64,000 nucleotides of DNA. Origin: Octopus sinensis. Its lineage: Eukaryota. Numbering within the stretch: position 1 is the first letter of the stretch; the number at the start of each line of letters is the position of its first letter. The DNA is taken from contig NW_021824954.1 in NCBI RefSeq assembly GCF_006345805.1, positions 186,001 through 250,000 of the forward strand. The letters are read 5' to 3'. The position numbers and the translations under genes are program-made. Shown piece after piece: positions 28,179-40,800 of this stretch. A model generated the notes under the pieces. It worked only from the letters and a program-made list of their open reading frames with translations, had not been told where the DNA came from and did not search any database.

Positions 28179-28749
28179 AGTGAAAGAGAAAGCGTAACAG
28201 TAAATATAAGATTGAGAGACACAAGTGGCTTGTATACTTACTTCCCTACATAAAATTCCATTCATTAGCAGCAGTATTACGATGGTATTACTAATGGCTC
28301 GTTAATTAAAAAACACATTGATTGACGTAACCTTGAAATGACGAGAAATGACTAGAAATAGACTAGCACAATCAATCTTCTTAGTAATCTGTGTTAGATA
28401 CTGACACAACATACTTCACATACTATGTTGATGATAATGGCGGTGATAGTAGTGGTGGAAGTGGCAATACTGGTAGTAGCTTATAGCGGTGGTGATGATA
28501 ATAATTATGATGGTTGTGGTTCATGATATCATCACTGTTGAGAGTAGTGATTAATAGAGATAGTAGTGGCGATGGTGGCGGTATTGGTAGGGTCTTGGTG
28601 GTGCTGCTGGTGATGTTGAGTGTCATTATTTTTTGCTCTTGTTATTCATGTCGTGGTGGCGGTGTTGATGAAGACGGTGATAAAGTTGGTAGTAGTAGTG
28701 GCGTTGGTATTGGTGGTGGTTGCATTAGTGGTACGAGATAGTAGGGGTG

Positions 28750-29600
28750 ATAGTTGTTTGCAGAGGTGGGCACTGTTAATCGAAAAGTTAACTTCGTTAA
28801 TCGTTAATCCGTTAATTCTTTGAAAATTTAACAGAAGTTAACGTTAATTCGTTAACATAAACTTTTATTGACAAAAGGCATAACTACAGTTTATACCCCA
28901 CCGACTTTGTTGCCTCGTAAATTTCCAGAGAAAGGGATACTTTTTAACGTAACTTTCACCTGTAGATTGAGTGTATGTAAAGATCTGATAGAAAAAAAAT
29001 TCCGAAAGACTGGGGAGACAAATTTCGGAAAATTTACAGGACCCGACATTTTCTCCCTCATAACTTTCTGGAAAATGAGTATTTTTTAATGAAATTTTAT
29101 ACAAATATCTTTCAAACGGTGTAGATTACGATTACAAAGAAATTTGTAGGCAAAATATTTGGAAGAGGGGAGTGGGAGGAGTTTCTGGAAAACGGAGTTT
29201 CGAATCAGACAGCCCATATAAGTTGGAATTTCTCCGTTTTGACGGGGATCTTTTCCAATATTTTTCACTAAATTCTTTGGAATGATGGGAGACATCTTTT
29301 CACGAAAAAAAAAAAAAAAATTTGAAAATTCATTTTTTTTTTACTATTCCACCCTAGTCCGAAACGATTTTGGCCATTTTTTTTCACTACGCACTGAAAA
29401 CCCGCGAGAGAAACATTTTCGGTTAAAAAAAAAAATTGTTAATAATTTCAGGGGAAAATGTGTGATTTAAGGGAGATCTGGCTGTTGTTTCTAGCACATC
29501 CCCAAACCTCTCTCCTCGTTTCTTTCTCACTCACGCATCTGCTGATATTTTTCAATATTTTTCTCCCCATAAACAAATTTTATGGAATAATGATGTCTAA
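28750..29600. repeat. Unclassified dispersed repeat, family G
   Basis: Similarity to 14505-15030. Confidence 0.55.
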
Positions 29601-29989
29601 GTAATACACGTGTAGTCCTAACCGAGCAAGACCATGTTAAGCGTGTGTGTGTAAGAAAAGAACACACCTAAAAACATCTTTAGTGTTCATATTAATATGT
29701 CAAATGTAACGTCTATTCGCGTTATTTTGAATTATTCATGTTCAAGAGGGTGTCCACAATATTCGCTTGTAACTTAGTAAATTTCCTATATACAGATATA
29801 AAATTTTGTCTGTGGGTGCTTTATATACCACTGGTTTATAGTTATGTAATTTTAGCTGATCTTGCTGAGTAAATTTGACTTTTATGGGCAAATAAATTTA
29901 ATTAACAGGTGTAAAAGCAATAACATTATGAATAAACACTAAAATTGAAATTTTTAATGCATCTTACCTGTTTGATTTGTTACTAAAAT

Positions 29990-30460
29990 TATCCCAAATC
30001 ATTATATCAGGTCTGTTGTGCTTACATTTCATTGAGGTCCTCACTGGGACATTCCACCAGTACCATACTGTACATACTGTAGGTTCTTATTTTTTGTTCT
30101 CGGGGTTATCCTTCCGATGGATTTCATTATAGAATGTCCTAGCTACTATATCATGTCTCATCGGTATATAACACCGTGATGACATTTTCGGACAACTGCT
30201 TACGATGAGGGTGATATCTTTAGTGTTAACTCCACAAAGTCTGCATCGATTGTCACATTTTACTGCTTTTCCTGTATCTCTATCCCTTTTGTGCATAAAG
30301 TATTTGGTTGATATTTTCTGTTCCTGGATTGCAAAGTGGGAGGTAGTATTGGTCCATGAAAGACTACTTTGATGATTAATGTTACTATCAACTCAGAGTT
30401 TTATGCTAACATATCCATGCATAGTCTTCTGTTCATTTGATGATACGTTGCGGTAGAGTC
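29990..30460 (-). mobile_element. R4/Dong LINE C-terminal fragment (Cys motif and restriction-like endonuclease)
   Basis: CRLCGVNTKDITLIVSSC, RHD and KHNRPDIMIW; homologous to 51690-51970. Confidence 0.88.
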
Positions 30461-30559
30461 TTGCGACATCCTTGTCTAATTTTATCTATCGACGCCCCAT
30501 CCCCAACAAACAAAACAAAACAAAACAGAACGCTACTTGTATCAAGAAAGCATCATCGT

Positions 30560-30830
30560 CCCACTCACCCTTTAATCATGAGCAGCATGCAACACGAGCT
30601 TCCCAAGCGCTCTCAATATTGGACCTCACAATTACTGCTGACCTTTCTTGGCACATCCTTAATATATCTAGGAGTGCATCCCAGCAACTGGTCCTTCACT
30701 TCAGGGCCTGAAAATATTTCAGCCTCTAATTCCTGGCACACAACAAAGCTTAGGTGAAGTCTTCGATGGGGTATTGTTCGCACATCAAGAACACTGTCGC
30801 TGACGCTGCACATTCAGACGTCCAGGGGTA
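30560..30830 (-). mobile_element. Degenerate RTE LINE 3' fragment
   Basis: RRLHLSFVVCQE...KDQLLG.TP resembles RRLRFAGH...DLLLW.P. Confidence 0.5.
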
Positions 30831-31357
30831 GGCCACTCGACTGACGGGCATAAAGTCACTTATAGACACACTCCAGTCTTTATCACACAGGCATGCTGTC
30901 TTTTATGAGACGCAACATTAATTGCTATGGTTGGCCATTCCACCTCAAAAATTTGGTTCTCTGAATTTTCCTACCTCTTCATGTCTTTCTTAGAACGCTG
31001 ATTTGCAAAGGCTCAAAAGGAAGATTAACTGGTTAAAGGGCCAGTAAAAGCCATAGGCACTACCTCTTCTTTAAGATACAGTTAGTAAAAAAAAAACAAA
31101 AACAAAACAAACCTTATCGTCTTGAAAGAAAGGCACGTGCACACAAATTCTCCTCCGCGCGCGCGCGCGCACACACACACACACGGACACTTCCCCTCTG
31201 GGTTTAAATCCTGTCTGACTTCCATCTTTTCGAGTCAATGAAGTAACACTCCAGGGTAGTGGATTGGTAAATTGTTAAAGAACAGAAATGATAGAGAGAA
31301 GAAAGAAGAAATTAATGAGATAGTGGTTCTCGTGTATCTGGAGTGGGGAATCTTTAC

Positions 31358-31669
31358 CTATAAATCAAATAGTTTAGCTTGAGATGTTGTCTGGAATGTT
31401 TGAGGGTGTAGTAGATGTAAGCAGTATCCCATTGGACGTTTCTTTTGAGTCTTGTAGAATTTGTTCCAGCTGTTTGCGTTAACCAACTTGAGTGATAGAC
31501 TTAATCCGTTGCCCGGTTTAACAACATAACCTAATCCTTGGGTACCTTTAACGGAGTTCACTTAGTTGCAAGCATTCAGGTTATGCTTTCGGTTTGAGAA
31601 TGACTTCCTCTCTTCTTACAAGAAGCCTTAAAAGATAAAGGTTCATACGCGTTGACCTTCCTTTCCTCA
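31358..31669 (-). other. Candidate non-coding/UTR exon (or a 50-nt exon ending at 31620)
   Basis: Very strong acceptor tctctttttttcatttgttttgtttttcttgtttag; donors TAG|GTAAAG (31357) or CTT|GTAAGA (31619); the long form has stops in all frames. Confidence 0.3.
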
Positions 31670-32105
31670 CTAAACAAGAAAAACAAAACAAATGAAAAAA
31701 AGAGAGATATATAAACAAATCCAACAAACATGCAGCCAACTCGTGAACAACACAAGGCTAATGCAAACAGTCTTTGACAACAAAGTATTCAGTCCGACAT
31801 TCAACCGATTCTGATAATCTATCGTAGTGTTTTATAGCCGATATAATCTAATCCAGTGTTTCTCAACTATTTTGTCTTTCGTTCCATTGCGATTGCTGAA
31901 AGAACGTACTCACCCCACGTGAACAAAGAATATAACACATACACATGTGTATACATACATTCATACATACATACATACATACATACATACATACATACAT
32001 ACATACATACATACATACATACATACATTCATACATACATACATGCATGCATGCAATCATACATACATACATTCATGCATACATACATACACACATACAT
32101 ACATA

Positions 32106-33375
32106 CGAGGGGCGTTCAATAAGTAATCCCCCTGACCCACTTACAGTTGTTTGATCTAGCTGAAATTTTGCATGTGCACTTATTTATACCTCTATAGATT
32201 AAGTGGCGAATTACAGCTCTGAACTAATTGTGGTTTCTGATTTACAGGTGTTTGAACTGAGTCAAGTGTGAAATGGAGCCTGTTGAGTGTCGAGCAGTGA
32301 TCTGGTTTTTGTATTTGAAAGGACGCACACCACGGGAGACTTTTGATGAAATGAAAGTAACTTATGGTGATGATGCCCCATCATATGACCTTGTAAAACG
32401 CTGGCATTGTGAATTCAAACATAGTCGGAACTCTGTGGAAACAGCTCCCAGATCTGGTCGCCCCCTTCTGCCGTTGATGAGACGTCTGTCCGTGAAGTTG
32501 AAGCTGCCATTTTGGAAGGTCAACGCATAACTATTCGCCAAATAGCCCATAAGGTCAAGATTAGTACCGGGTCTGTGGAAACTATCATTCATGACCATTT
32601 GCATATGCAAAAGGTGTCTGCCAGATGGATTTCCAGGTTGCTCACACCTTTCCAGAAGCATGAACGCGTTGAGTGCTCGAGGATGAATTTGGAGATGTGC
32701 CAAGAAGATGAGTCAAAATTTTTCAAAAGACTGATCCCACAGGATAAAACCTGGGTCCATCACTATGATCCATAGACCAAAGCCCAGTCAGTGCAGTGAA
32801 AGCACCGTGACTCACCTCCTCCAAAGAAGGCAAGGGTGCAGCCCTCCGCTGACAAGGTTATGCTCACAGTCTTCTGGGACCAGGACGGAGTAGTGATGAC
32901 AGATTTCCTGGCAAAGGGTACCACAATTACAGGAGCCTATTATGCTTCACTTTTGAGGAAATTAAGAGAAGCTATCAAAATCAAGAGGCGGGGCAAGATC
33001 AGCAAAGGCATCCTCCTCCTGTAGGACAACGCTCCGGTTCACAACTCGCGTGTCGCCAGATCAGAAGCACAGGCGTGCAGCTATGAACTCCTCCCCTTGC
33101 ACCCTCTGATTTTCACCTCTTCCCAGCCATGAAGTTGATTTTGAAAGGAAAGCATTTCCCAGATGATGCAGCCTTGATTTCTGAAGTCACGTCGTGGTTG
33201 TAGGACCAAGCTGGGGTCTTCTACAAAAACGGTCTCCAGAGCTGTATCAAACGATGGGAGAAATGCATAACTCTGGGTAGTTCCTATGTAGGAAAAGACT
33301 AATAACTGTGCCAAGTGTCGTTGCTCTACTGCTATGGGAAGTGAGTCAGGGGCATTACTTATTGAACGCCCCTCG
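32106..33375 (+). mobile_element. Full-length defective mariner element, family A copy 1
   Basis: TIRs CGAGGGGCGTTCAATAAGTAAT / ATTACTTATTGAACGCCCCTCG with TA TSD; transposase from 32273 MEPVECRAVI, ARWISRLL, WVHHYDP, DNAPVH; stops and frameshifts. Confidence 0.95.
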
Positions 33376-33473
33376 TACATACATACATACATACATACAT
33401 ACATACATACATACATACATACATACATACATACATACATACACACACACACGCACATACATACATACATACA

Positions 33474-33505
<32 letters not shown>

Positions 33506-33852
33506 CATTCATGCATTCATACATACATACATACATACATACACACACACACGCACATACATACATACATACATACATACATACATACATACATACATAC
33601 ATACATACATTCATGCATTCACGCTTAGATATGCTAGTGGATACTTGCAACTGGAGACACTCAAAGAAGCAGAAACCTAAATTTAGCGATTCCAAAGCCG
33701 GTGTTCGACGCTTTTCGCCTGCTATTGATATACTTGTGTGCTTTTTAGCATTATACATCTATACCAGATGCTTTCTTGAGATGAAAACCACAGCTTTATG
33801 GCTTTCTGCAGTATGTGCCAGTATATCCAAGTTAAGTAATCTATACAGAATG

Positions 33853-33899
<47 letters not shown>

Positions 33900-34004
33900 C
33901 GTAGTTAAATAATGATAATAATGAAATTATTGTATACAGTGCCATTTTATTTCTAGTATGTGGCGGCGCTATTCATTAGTGCCCTTATTATTATAATTAT
34001 ATTT

Positions 34005-34083
<79 letters not shown>

Positions 34084-34206
34084 TTAGAGATAAAACCACT
34101 ATTAGGCAAATCATACAAAGAAAAACTTAAGCCAATACATAAGATTAATTAATTTATATTATTTTAAATATATATCAAAATTATTAAAAAAAGATAATTA
34201 GTATAA

Positions 34207-34269
34207 CACTACGATCGTTTCATGGCTGTCCAATTCGTAAAAATTCGAGTTACAGTCATTCTTCAGGTG
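34207..34269 (-). ncRNA. Mirror hammerhead motif
   Basis: Reverse complement of 34317-34379. Confidence 0.8.
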
Positions 34270-34316
34270 ATTGAAATATTTAACTTGGCGAGGTTTAAAT
34301 ATTTAAATATTTCAAT

Positions 34317-34379
34317 CACCTGAAGAATGACTGTAACTCGAATTTTTACGAATTGGACAGCCATGAAACGATCGTAGTG
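34317..34379 (+). ncRNA. Minimal type-I hammerhead motif
   Basis: cac-CTGAAGA-atgactgt...acagccat-GAAA-CGATCG-TA-gtg. Confidence 0.8.
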
Positions 34380-34619
34380 TTATACTAATTATCTTTTTTA
34401 ATAATTTTGATATATATTTAAAATAATATAAATTAATTAATCTTATGTATTGGCTTAAGTTTTTCTTTGTATGATTTGCCTAATAGTGGTTTTATCCCTA
34501 ATTTAATATAATATAATATTTTACTATAAAATTGGATTCAATCCTAAATCTGATTTTTCCATGTAAGTTTGGATTTATTCCCTAATATTTTATTATATAT
34601 ATATATATGTATATATATA

Positions 34620-34968
34620 GTGGCACTCCATCGGTTACGACGACGAGGGTTCCAGTTGATCCGGTCAACGGAACAGCCTGCTCGTGAAATTAACGTGTAC
34701 GTGGCTGAGCACTCCACAGACACGTGTACGCTTAACGTAGTTCTCGGGAAGATTCAGCGTGACACAGTGCGTGACAAAGCAGGAAGAAAGAGTGAGAGAA
34801 AGTTGTGCTGAAAGAGTACAGCAGGATTTGTCACCACCCACTGCCGGAGGTTGTGGAGCTGTTAGGTGTTTTCGCTAAATAAACACGCACAACGCCCGGC
34901 CTGGGAATCGAAACCGCGATCCCACGACTGCAAGTCCGCTGTCCTAACCACTGGGCCACTGCGCCTCC
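34620..34968 (-). mobile_element. tRNA-derived SINE, family A
   Basis: Head ggaggcgcagtggcccagtggttagg...ggtttcgattccc (A/B boxes); tail aatttcacgagcaggctgttccgttg; homologous to 48014-48352. Confidence 0.9.
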
Positions 34969-35086
34969 ACACACACACATACACACACACGCACACGCAT
35001 ACACACACGCACTCGCACACACGCACACACTCACACACACTCACTCACACACGCACACACACACACATATGTACAGGGGTGGCTAT

Positions 35087-35469
35087 GTGGTAAGAAGGTT
35101 GCTTCCCAACCACATGGTTCTGAGTTCAGTCCTCACTGCATGGTATCTTGGACAAGTGTCTTCTACTATAGTCTTGGGCCGACCAAAGCCTTGTGGGTGC
35201 ATTTGTTAGACGGAAACTAAAAGAAGCCTGTCGTATATATGTATATATATACATATATACATACATATATATATATATATATATGTGTGTGTGTCTGTGT
35301 TTGTCCTCTCACCATCGCTTGACAAATGATGTTGGTGTGTTTACGTCCCTGTAACTTAGTGGTTCGGCAAAAGAAACCTATAGAATAAGTACTAGGGTTA
35401 CAAAGAATAAGTCCTGGGGTCGATTTGTTCGACTGAAGGCGGTGCTCCAGATGACTAAAACCAGTAAAA

Positions 35470-35473
<4 letters not shown>
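35087..35473 (+). mobile_element. tRNA-derived SINE, family C, with internal microsatellite
   Basis: gtggctatgtggtaagaagg...ggttctgagttcagtcc head; tail gaataagtcctggggtcgatttg. Confidence 0.88.
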
Positions 35474-35513
<40 letters not shown>

Positions 35514-35933
35514 CCAAAAGTATATATACGCCGCTATATGTATATATATAAAAAAATAAAAACAAAGAAATGAAACAAGAACGTAAAAGTCGACAACAAA
35601 ACATCCAGACAGTTGGCTGATACAATGAAGGACAGGAAAAAAACAAAAACAAGGGCGGGTCATTCGGCGCCTTCTATCTTCAGAGGCATCCCTGACAAGT
35701 AAGCATCTCCCAAGCCGAACTCCCAGCTCTTCGGTGCATATACTAGCGCCGAGTTAATCGAATGTAATCCAGTCACAAACTTTCAGGTGCCAATGTTAGT
35801 AAATCAGTATTATACTGAGGTTAGATCAGTGTGTCTCAAGGTGGGGCGTGGAAGTATTTTCGTGCGAGATGGGTTACATCAGAAGGGGACATAAGTACGT
35901 AACAAGAGCAGTAATGATTTAATCTTTTGATGA

Positions 35934-36000
<67 letters not shown>

Positions 36001-36294
36001 GTTATCAGTAATAATATAGGGTGAAATTAATTAATTTGGAATAATCATTAATTTCACCAAGTAGATTTCGGCATGTAAAAGCCTCATTCGAGGAAGTTTA
36101 AGTAATACTAAGTAATTAAGGGTTTAGCAACGATTTGCCTCACCACACACCGAATTTAGAAATAGCAGGCAAAGAGTTATAGCTATTCTTTCTACTAAAA
36201 GGGAGATCTCAGTAAAACCACAGCACTTGAAAGGCAAACACAGACAGGCAAGAGAGAAAGAAATGACGGCAATCTATCATACAATTTTAAGTCA

Positions 36295-36385
36295 CCTACG
36301 GACGTACGTTTCGAAATTAAGTTTTAGGAAAGCATAAGAATTAGATAATTATGTCTTACCCAACTTCTTTTCTCATCAGCGTAGG
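36295..36385 (-). ncRNA. Mirror hammerhead motif
   Basis: Reverse complement of 36904-36994. Confidence 0.88.
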
Positions 36386-36903
36386 ACACTACAATTATGA
36401 ATAATTGAGAGAAAGAAATGACGGCAATCTATCATACAACTTTTGTATGTCTTCTTGCCTGTCTGTGTTTGCCTTTCAAGTGCTGTGGTTTTACTGAGAT
36501 CTCCCTTTTAGTAGAAAGAATAGCTATAACTCTTTGACTGCTATTTCTAAATTCGGTGTGTGGTGAGGCAAATCGTTGCTAAACCCTTAATTACTTAGTA
36601 TTACTTACACTTTCCTCGAATGAGGCTTTTACATACCGAAATCTACTTGGTGAAATTAATGATTATTCCAAATTAATTAATTTCACCCTATATTATTACT
36701 GATAACCATATTTCATCCCAGTAAATGACCACAACATCTTGTCTTGGCTACACGCTGGTGGGAAGGGGTTGGTGACACAAACTTTCATTCACACTTTGAA
36801 TTTGGTGATACTGGTAACGGTTTTAGCTCGCTCTGATACTGTGTTGAGATGATGCCTTCTAGTATCTCGAAATTTAATATACAATTATTCATAATTGTAG
36901 TGT

Positions 36904-36994
36904 CCTACGCTGATGAGAAAAGAAGTTGGGTAAGACATAATTATCTAATTCTTATGCTTTCCTAAAACTTAATTTCGAAACGTACGTCCGTAGG
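36904..36994 (+). ncRNA. Type-I hammerhead motif with canonical core and 6-bp stem I
   Basis: CCTACG-CTGATGA-gaaaagaagtt...aacttaatttc-GAAA-CGTACG-TC-CGTAGG. Confidence 0.88.
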
Positions 36995-37639
36995 TGACTT
37001 AAAATTGTATGATAGATTGCCATCATTTCTTTCTCTCTTGCCTGTCTGTGTTTGCCTTTCAAGTGCTGTGGTTTTACTGAGATCTTCCTTTTAGTAGAAA
37101 GAATAGCTATAACTCTTTGACTGCTATTTCTAAATTCGGTGTGTGGTGAGGCAAATCGTTGCTAAACCCTTAATTACTATATATATATATATATATATAT
37201 ATAAACAAGGCAAAAAAAATGGAATAAGAACGTAACAGGCGACGACAAAACATCCAGACAACCTTTCCATCCTCTTTTACCTCCCTTGTACCTTTCTCTA
37301 TGTTCCTTTCCTTTCTTTTCCTCTCTTTCTCATCCCTTCCTAATTTTTCAATCCCTTTGCCCCTACCTCTCTACCCTCCTTCCACGTGACCGGTGTTCCG
37401 CCAATCCTGTCTTTCTTGGTTCGACTTCAATCCGTGTAGCGTCTCATATTCCTTCCCATGACTTTCATCTCTTATGTTACTGCCGTAAGACTTCACTCCA
37501 CACACGCCAGCTTAATTTAATTCGTCCTCAGTCGAAAGACTCTTCTTGTTACTGTCTTGTTTGTATTTTTAATTTTGTGTACCTTTTCTCCGTTTTTCGT
37601 CCTTGTTTTCGTATACATTCACTTGCTTTCTTCCAAAGA

Positions 37640-38160
37640 ATCTAGTGCTCTGAGCTTAGAATTTCTTGGGGCCGGCCAGATTGGAGCAGTCTCGAGTGTA
37701 ACCGGCCGAAACTGCAGAGATGATCTGGAACTAGGCGTGTTGTTAAAAGCTTGTGAAGTGTAATCGGTAGCCGGCGTCCAGTGGAATGGTCGGCAGCTCA
37801 GGTCAGTGAAACAGTTTCCTTCACTAGATACAGGCAGAATATTGTGGAAGAGAGCGTGCAGCGTGACACGGCGCACAAAGTGTTGGACCGGGTCCGAAAC
37901 TCGTAGCTGGATGGAGTGGTATGAAACGGGGATCCCTACAAAGGAGAGAACGTTCGGTTTCAGAGAAGAGAAGATCAGGAGGAATAGTAACAAGAGTGAA
38001 GGAGAGAGGTGTGGGAGGAGGTGAATGGGGGTGGGAAAGGATTGGTGGAGGCGTCGGGTGGGACAGGATTGAAGTTTGCAGTGTTTAGTGTGGGCAAGAA
38101 AGTTGTGGAGATGTTCTTTCTTTCTGAGTAAACATTTGCTCTCGCATAAAATATTGTACA
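37640..38160 (-). mobile_element. Probable degenerate PLE ORF N-terminal region
   Basis: HFVRRVTLHALFHN...FHWTP resembles the FxRRLRLxxxF...WTP region upstream of PLE RT; next to pLTR-like sequence. Confidence 0.4.
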
Positions 38161-38349
38161 CCCCACTTTAAAAAGAAAGCTTACGTCTATTTGATACTGG
38201 TTTTAACAATGAGGTTAGGATTTTAGAAGAGATTGTTGAGATGAGGTGAAGTGGTGCTCTAGCTCGTATGCGATTGAATGAGTTTCATTTTGTAGATATG
38301 CAGTTCCTCTCTGTCTGTCTGTGTCACACACACGCTCTCTCTGTGTCTC

Positions 38350-38350
38350 T

Positions 38351-38421
<71 letters not shown>

Positions 38422-38439
38422 ACCTTTAAATAAATAATA

Positions 38440-38499
<60 letters not shown>

Positions 38500-38527
38500 A
38501 CCTTTAAATAAATAAAATTATCTCTCA

Positions 38528-38588
<61 letters not shown>

Positions 38589-38594
38589 GTATAC

Positions 38595-38689
<95 letters not shown>

Positions 38690-38695
38690 ATATTG
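38350..38695. repeat. Compound TA/TC/TG microsatellite
   Basis: Direct inspection. Confidence 0.93.
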
Positions 38696-39989
38696 CCTTT
38701 ATTATTAGTAGACAGTACACTACCTATGTTGAAAGATGAGTTGTGGAATTCTTTTAAACTAATATCGCTCATGTAACAATGAATTTGGTCTTGTGTTCCT
38801 TATCTACTTACGTAAAAGGAGGTACGGTACGGTACCAGGTTATTTAATCTATACAATTTAGCTCTTTAAATATCAGCAATTACGTTCGACTGTCTGCTAC
38901 TAGTGTTTAATACTGTCTGCTCCTGTAATTTCCCATTATTTTTAGTTTCTGATTTAACCACCATTTATTCGATAAATGGACCAGGTTATTATAAGAAAAT
39001 GTCTCAAGATTGAACGTGTTTTTTTTTTGTTTGGCTCCAATTGTTGATGTTATAGTTGTTATCATTGTAGTCATCGTCGTAATCGTGTTGTTGATATTTG
39101 ATTTCAACTTGTTTGTTTTTGTTTTTCTTCCATTTATTTATTTACACTGTTTCTTAACTAAAAAAAAAAGTAAATGACTGATCGCAGCAGCAGCAGCACT
39201 GCCATCACTTCTTACTACTATAGATGCTGCAGCTACACCCCCCCACCACCAAAACCACCAGATGTCGAACAGATGTCTAGATGTACAGATGACATCTGAC
39301 TGAAATGATAGTGTCTCAGCCTGTTGATAGATTGACTGTTATAGATATTGCTGCTTAGCTTCAAGGTAACTATGACTGAACAAATCCATGATTAAAGGTA
39401 TACCATCCATGACCAGCCATCCTGTTTTTCTAAGTATAGGGAGCTCAAGACCACATTATTCAACGTCACCATATTTTTAAAGACTATAACACGTGATTTT
39501 AGGGAGACTTGGTGGCTATTTCTAGTAGGTCGATCGATCACATTGAGGCACCTTTGACTGAGAGCTTCATAGTTTGAATGCAATTACTTACAGTGTTCCT
39601 AGTTAAGGCTAAAGTTGATTTTCGCTATGAGGTGGTGAAGATGCGACAGCAGTAGCGGTGGCAGTGGCATCGGTAGCCGAAGTGGTGCATATTACTGAAT
39701 TTTCACATTAATTCAAAGACGTCACAAGTTTGCAAGAGGTGGAAGATGCAATCATTTATTCAATAAATGGACCAGGTTTTTTTATAAGAAAATGTCTCAA
39801 GACTGAACGTTTTTTTTTGTTTGGCTCTACTTGTTGATGTTATAGTTGTTATCATTGTAGTCATCATCGTAAACGTGTTGTTGATATTTGATTGAATGAA
39901 GCCTCCACAAATAATGCATGCTTGCTACTTATTTGATCGATCGCAATATATGATATATATGATTGGTACTTGTGAAGGCGCATAGCCCA

Positions 39990-40280
39990 GGCTAGAGCGT
40001 CGGGTTCACAATCATGAAATAGTGAGCTCGATTCCCGTACCGGGCTGTTTCTTGTGTTCTTGAGCAAGACACTTTATTTCACGTTGCTCCAAAAATGATT
40101 TGCGACGTCACTGTTACCAAGCTGTATCGGCCTTTACCTTTTCCATCGGTGGCGTGGAGAGGGAAGGCTGATATGCATGGCTGGCTGCTGGTCTTCCGTA
40201 AACAACCTTTCCCGGACTTGTGCCTCGGAAGGGAACTTTCTGCAGTCCCATGGTCATTCATGACCGAGCGGTGTCTTTAG
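39990..40280 (+). mobile_element. SINE family D
   Basis: tcgattccc...gtgttcttgagcaag...caagctgtatcggccttt...ggtcattcatgaccga; homologous to 56330-56598. Confidence 0.82.
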
Positions 40281-40399
40281 CCTTTATGATTGGTGCTTAA
40301 TTTATCGATCAGAATGTAATGAAAAATAAAGCTGACATTCCAATTAAAATAATCGTTTAATCAGAGGAAGAACAGGCCCCTGGACTTTTTCCAAATCCT

Positions 40400-40800
40400 T
40401 CGTGACTAGTAAGAGGGGGATTCTGTTAAAGGAGCACAAGAGCCAGATAATGTGTTAAGCCGGGCAACAGATTAAGGCTACCACTCAGTAACAGTTTCCG
40501 TCTTCTAATTTTCATTCAGAATGTTTTGGGTCGAATATAGTAGAATACACCCGTACAAGGTAACACACGGTGGGATTGAACACGAAGCTGAAACCAGACA
40601 GGATTTCCCCTTCCAAGTGAATGCACGTGAGGCATCATCTTGTTGCCAAGCATGTCCAGATACGAATCACTTGTCACAGAGCCCTCAGAATAAAATGGTC
40701 CAATTACTTGATTGTGCCAATCCCAAACCACACCATTACCTGGCCTCTGCCTTGTTGATTATCTGCCTCCATTCAACGAGGACTGGTTTGTGAGTAATAT
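40400..40800 (-). mobile_element. Degenerate Tc1/mariner-superfamily transposase fragment
   Basis: VWDW...VIGPFYSEGSVTSDSYLDML...VWFQ resembles IIGPFFF..VT...YL.ML...WFQQDGA. Confidence 0.7.

Larger units (their letters stand above)
34075..34510. repeat. Fold-back with arms about 208 bp and a spacer about 19 nt; PLE pLTR-like
   Basis: aaattagagataaaacc... versus ...ggttttatccctaattt; abuts (TA)n 34010-34079. Confidence 0.93.
36001..37178 (+). mobile_element. PLE terminal remnant: inverted pLTR (36001-36397), partial direct pLTR (36440-36697), spacer, direct pLTR (36877-37178)
   Basis: Three copies of the same block, first reversed; bounded by (TA)n on both sides. Confidence 0.85.

Noticed and set aside
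30989-31038. Plus-strand candidate exon NADLQRLKRKINWLKG (also 38715-38770)
   Set aside because: Too short, weak donors, resemblance to M13 not convincing
34895-34968. tRNA-like sequences (also 48014-48090)
   Set aside because: SINE heads with A/B boxes but no proper acceptor stem, continuing into a shared SINE body
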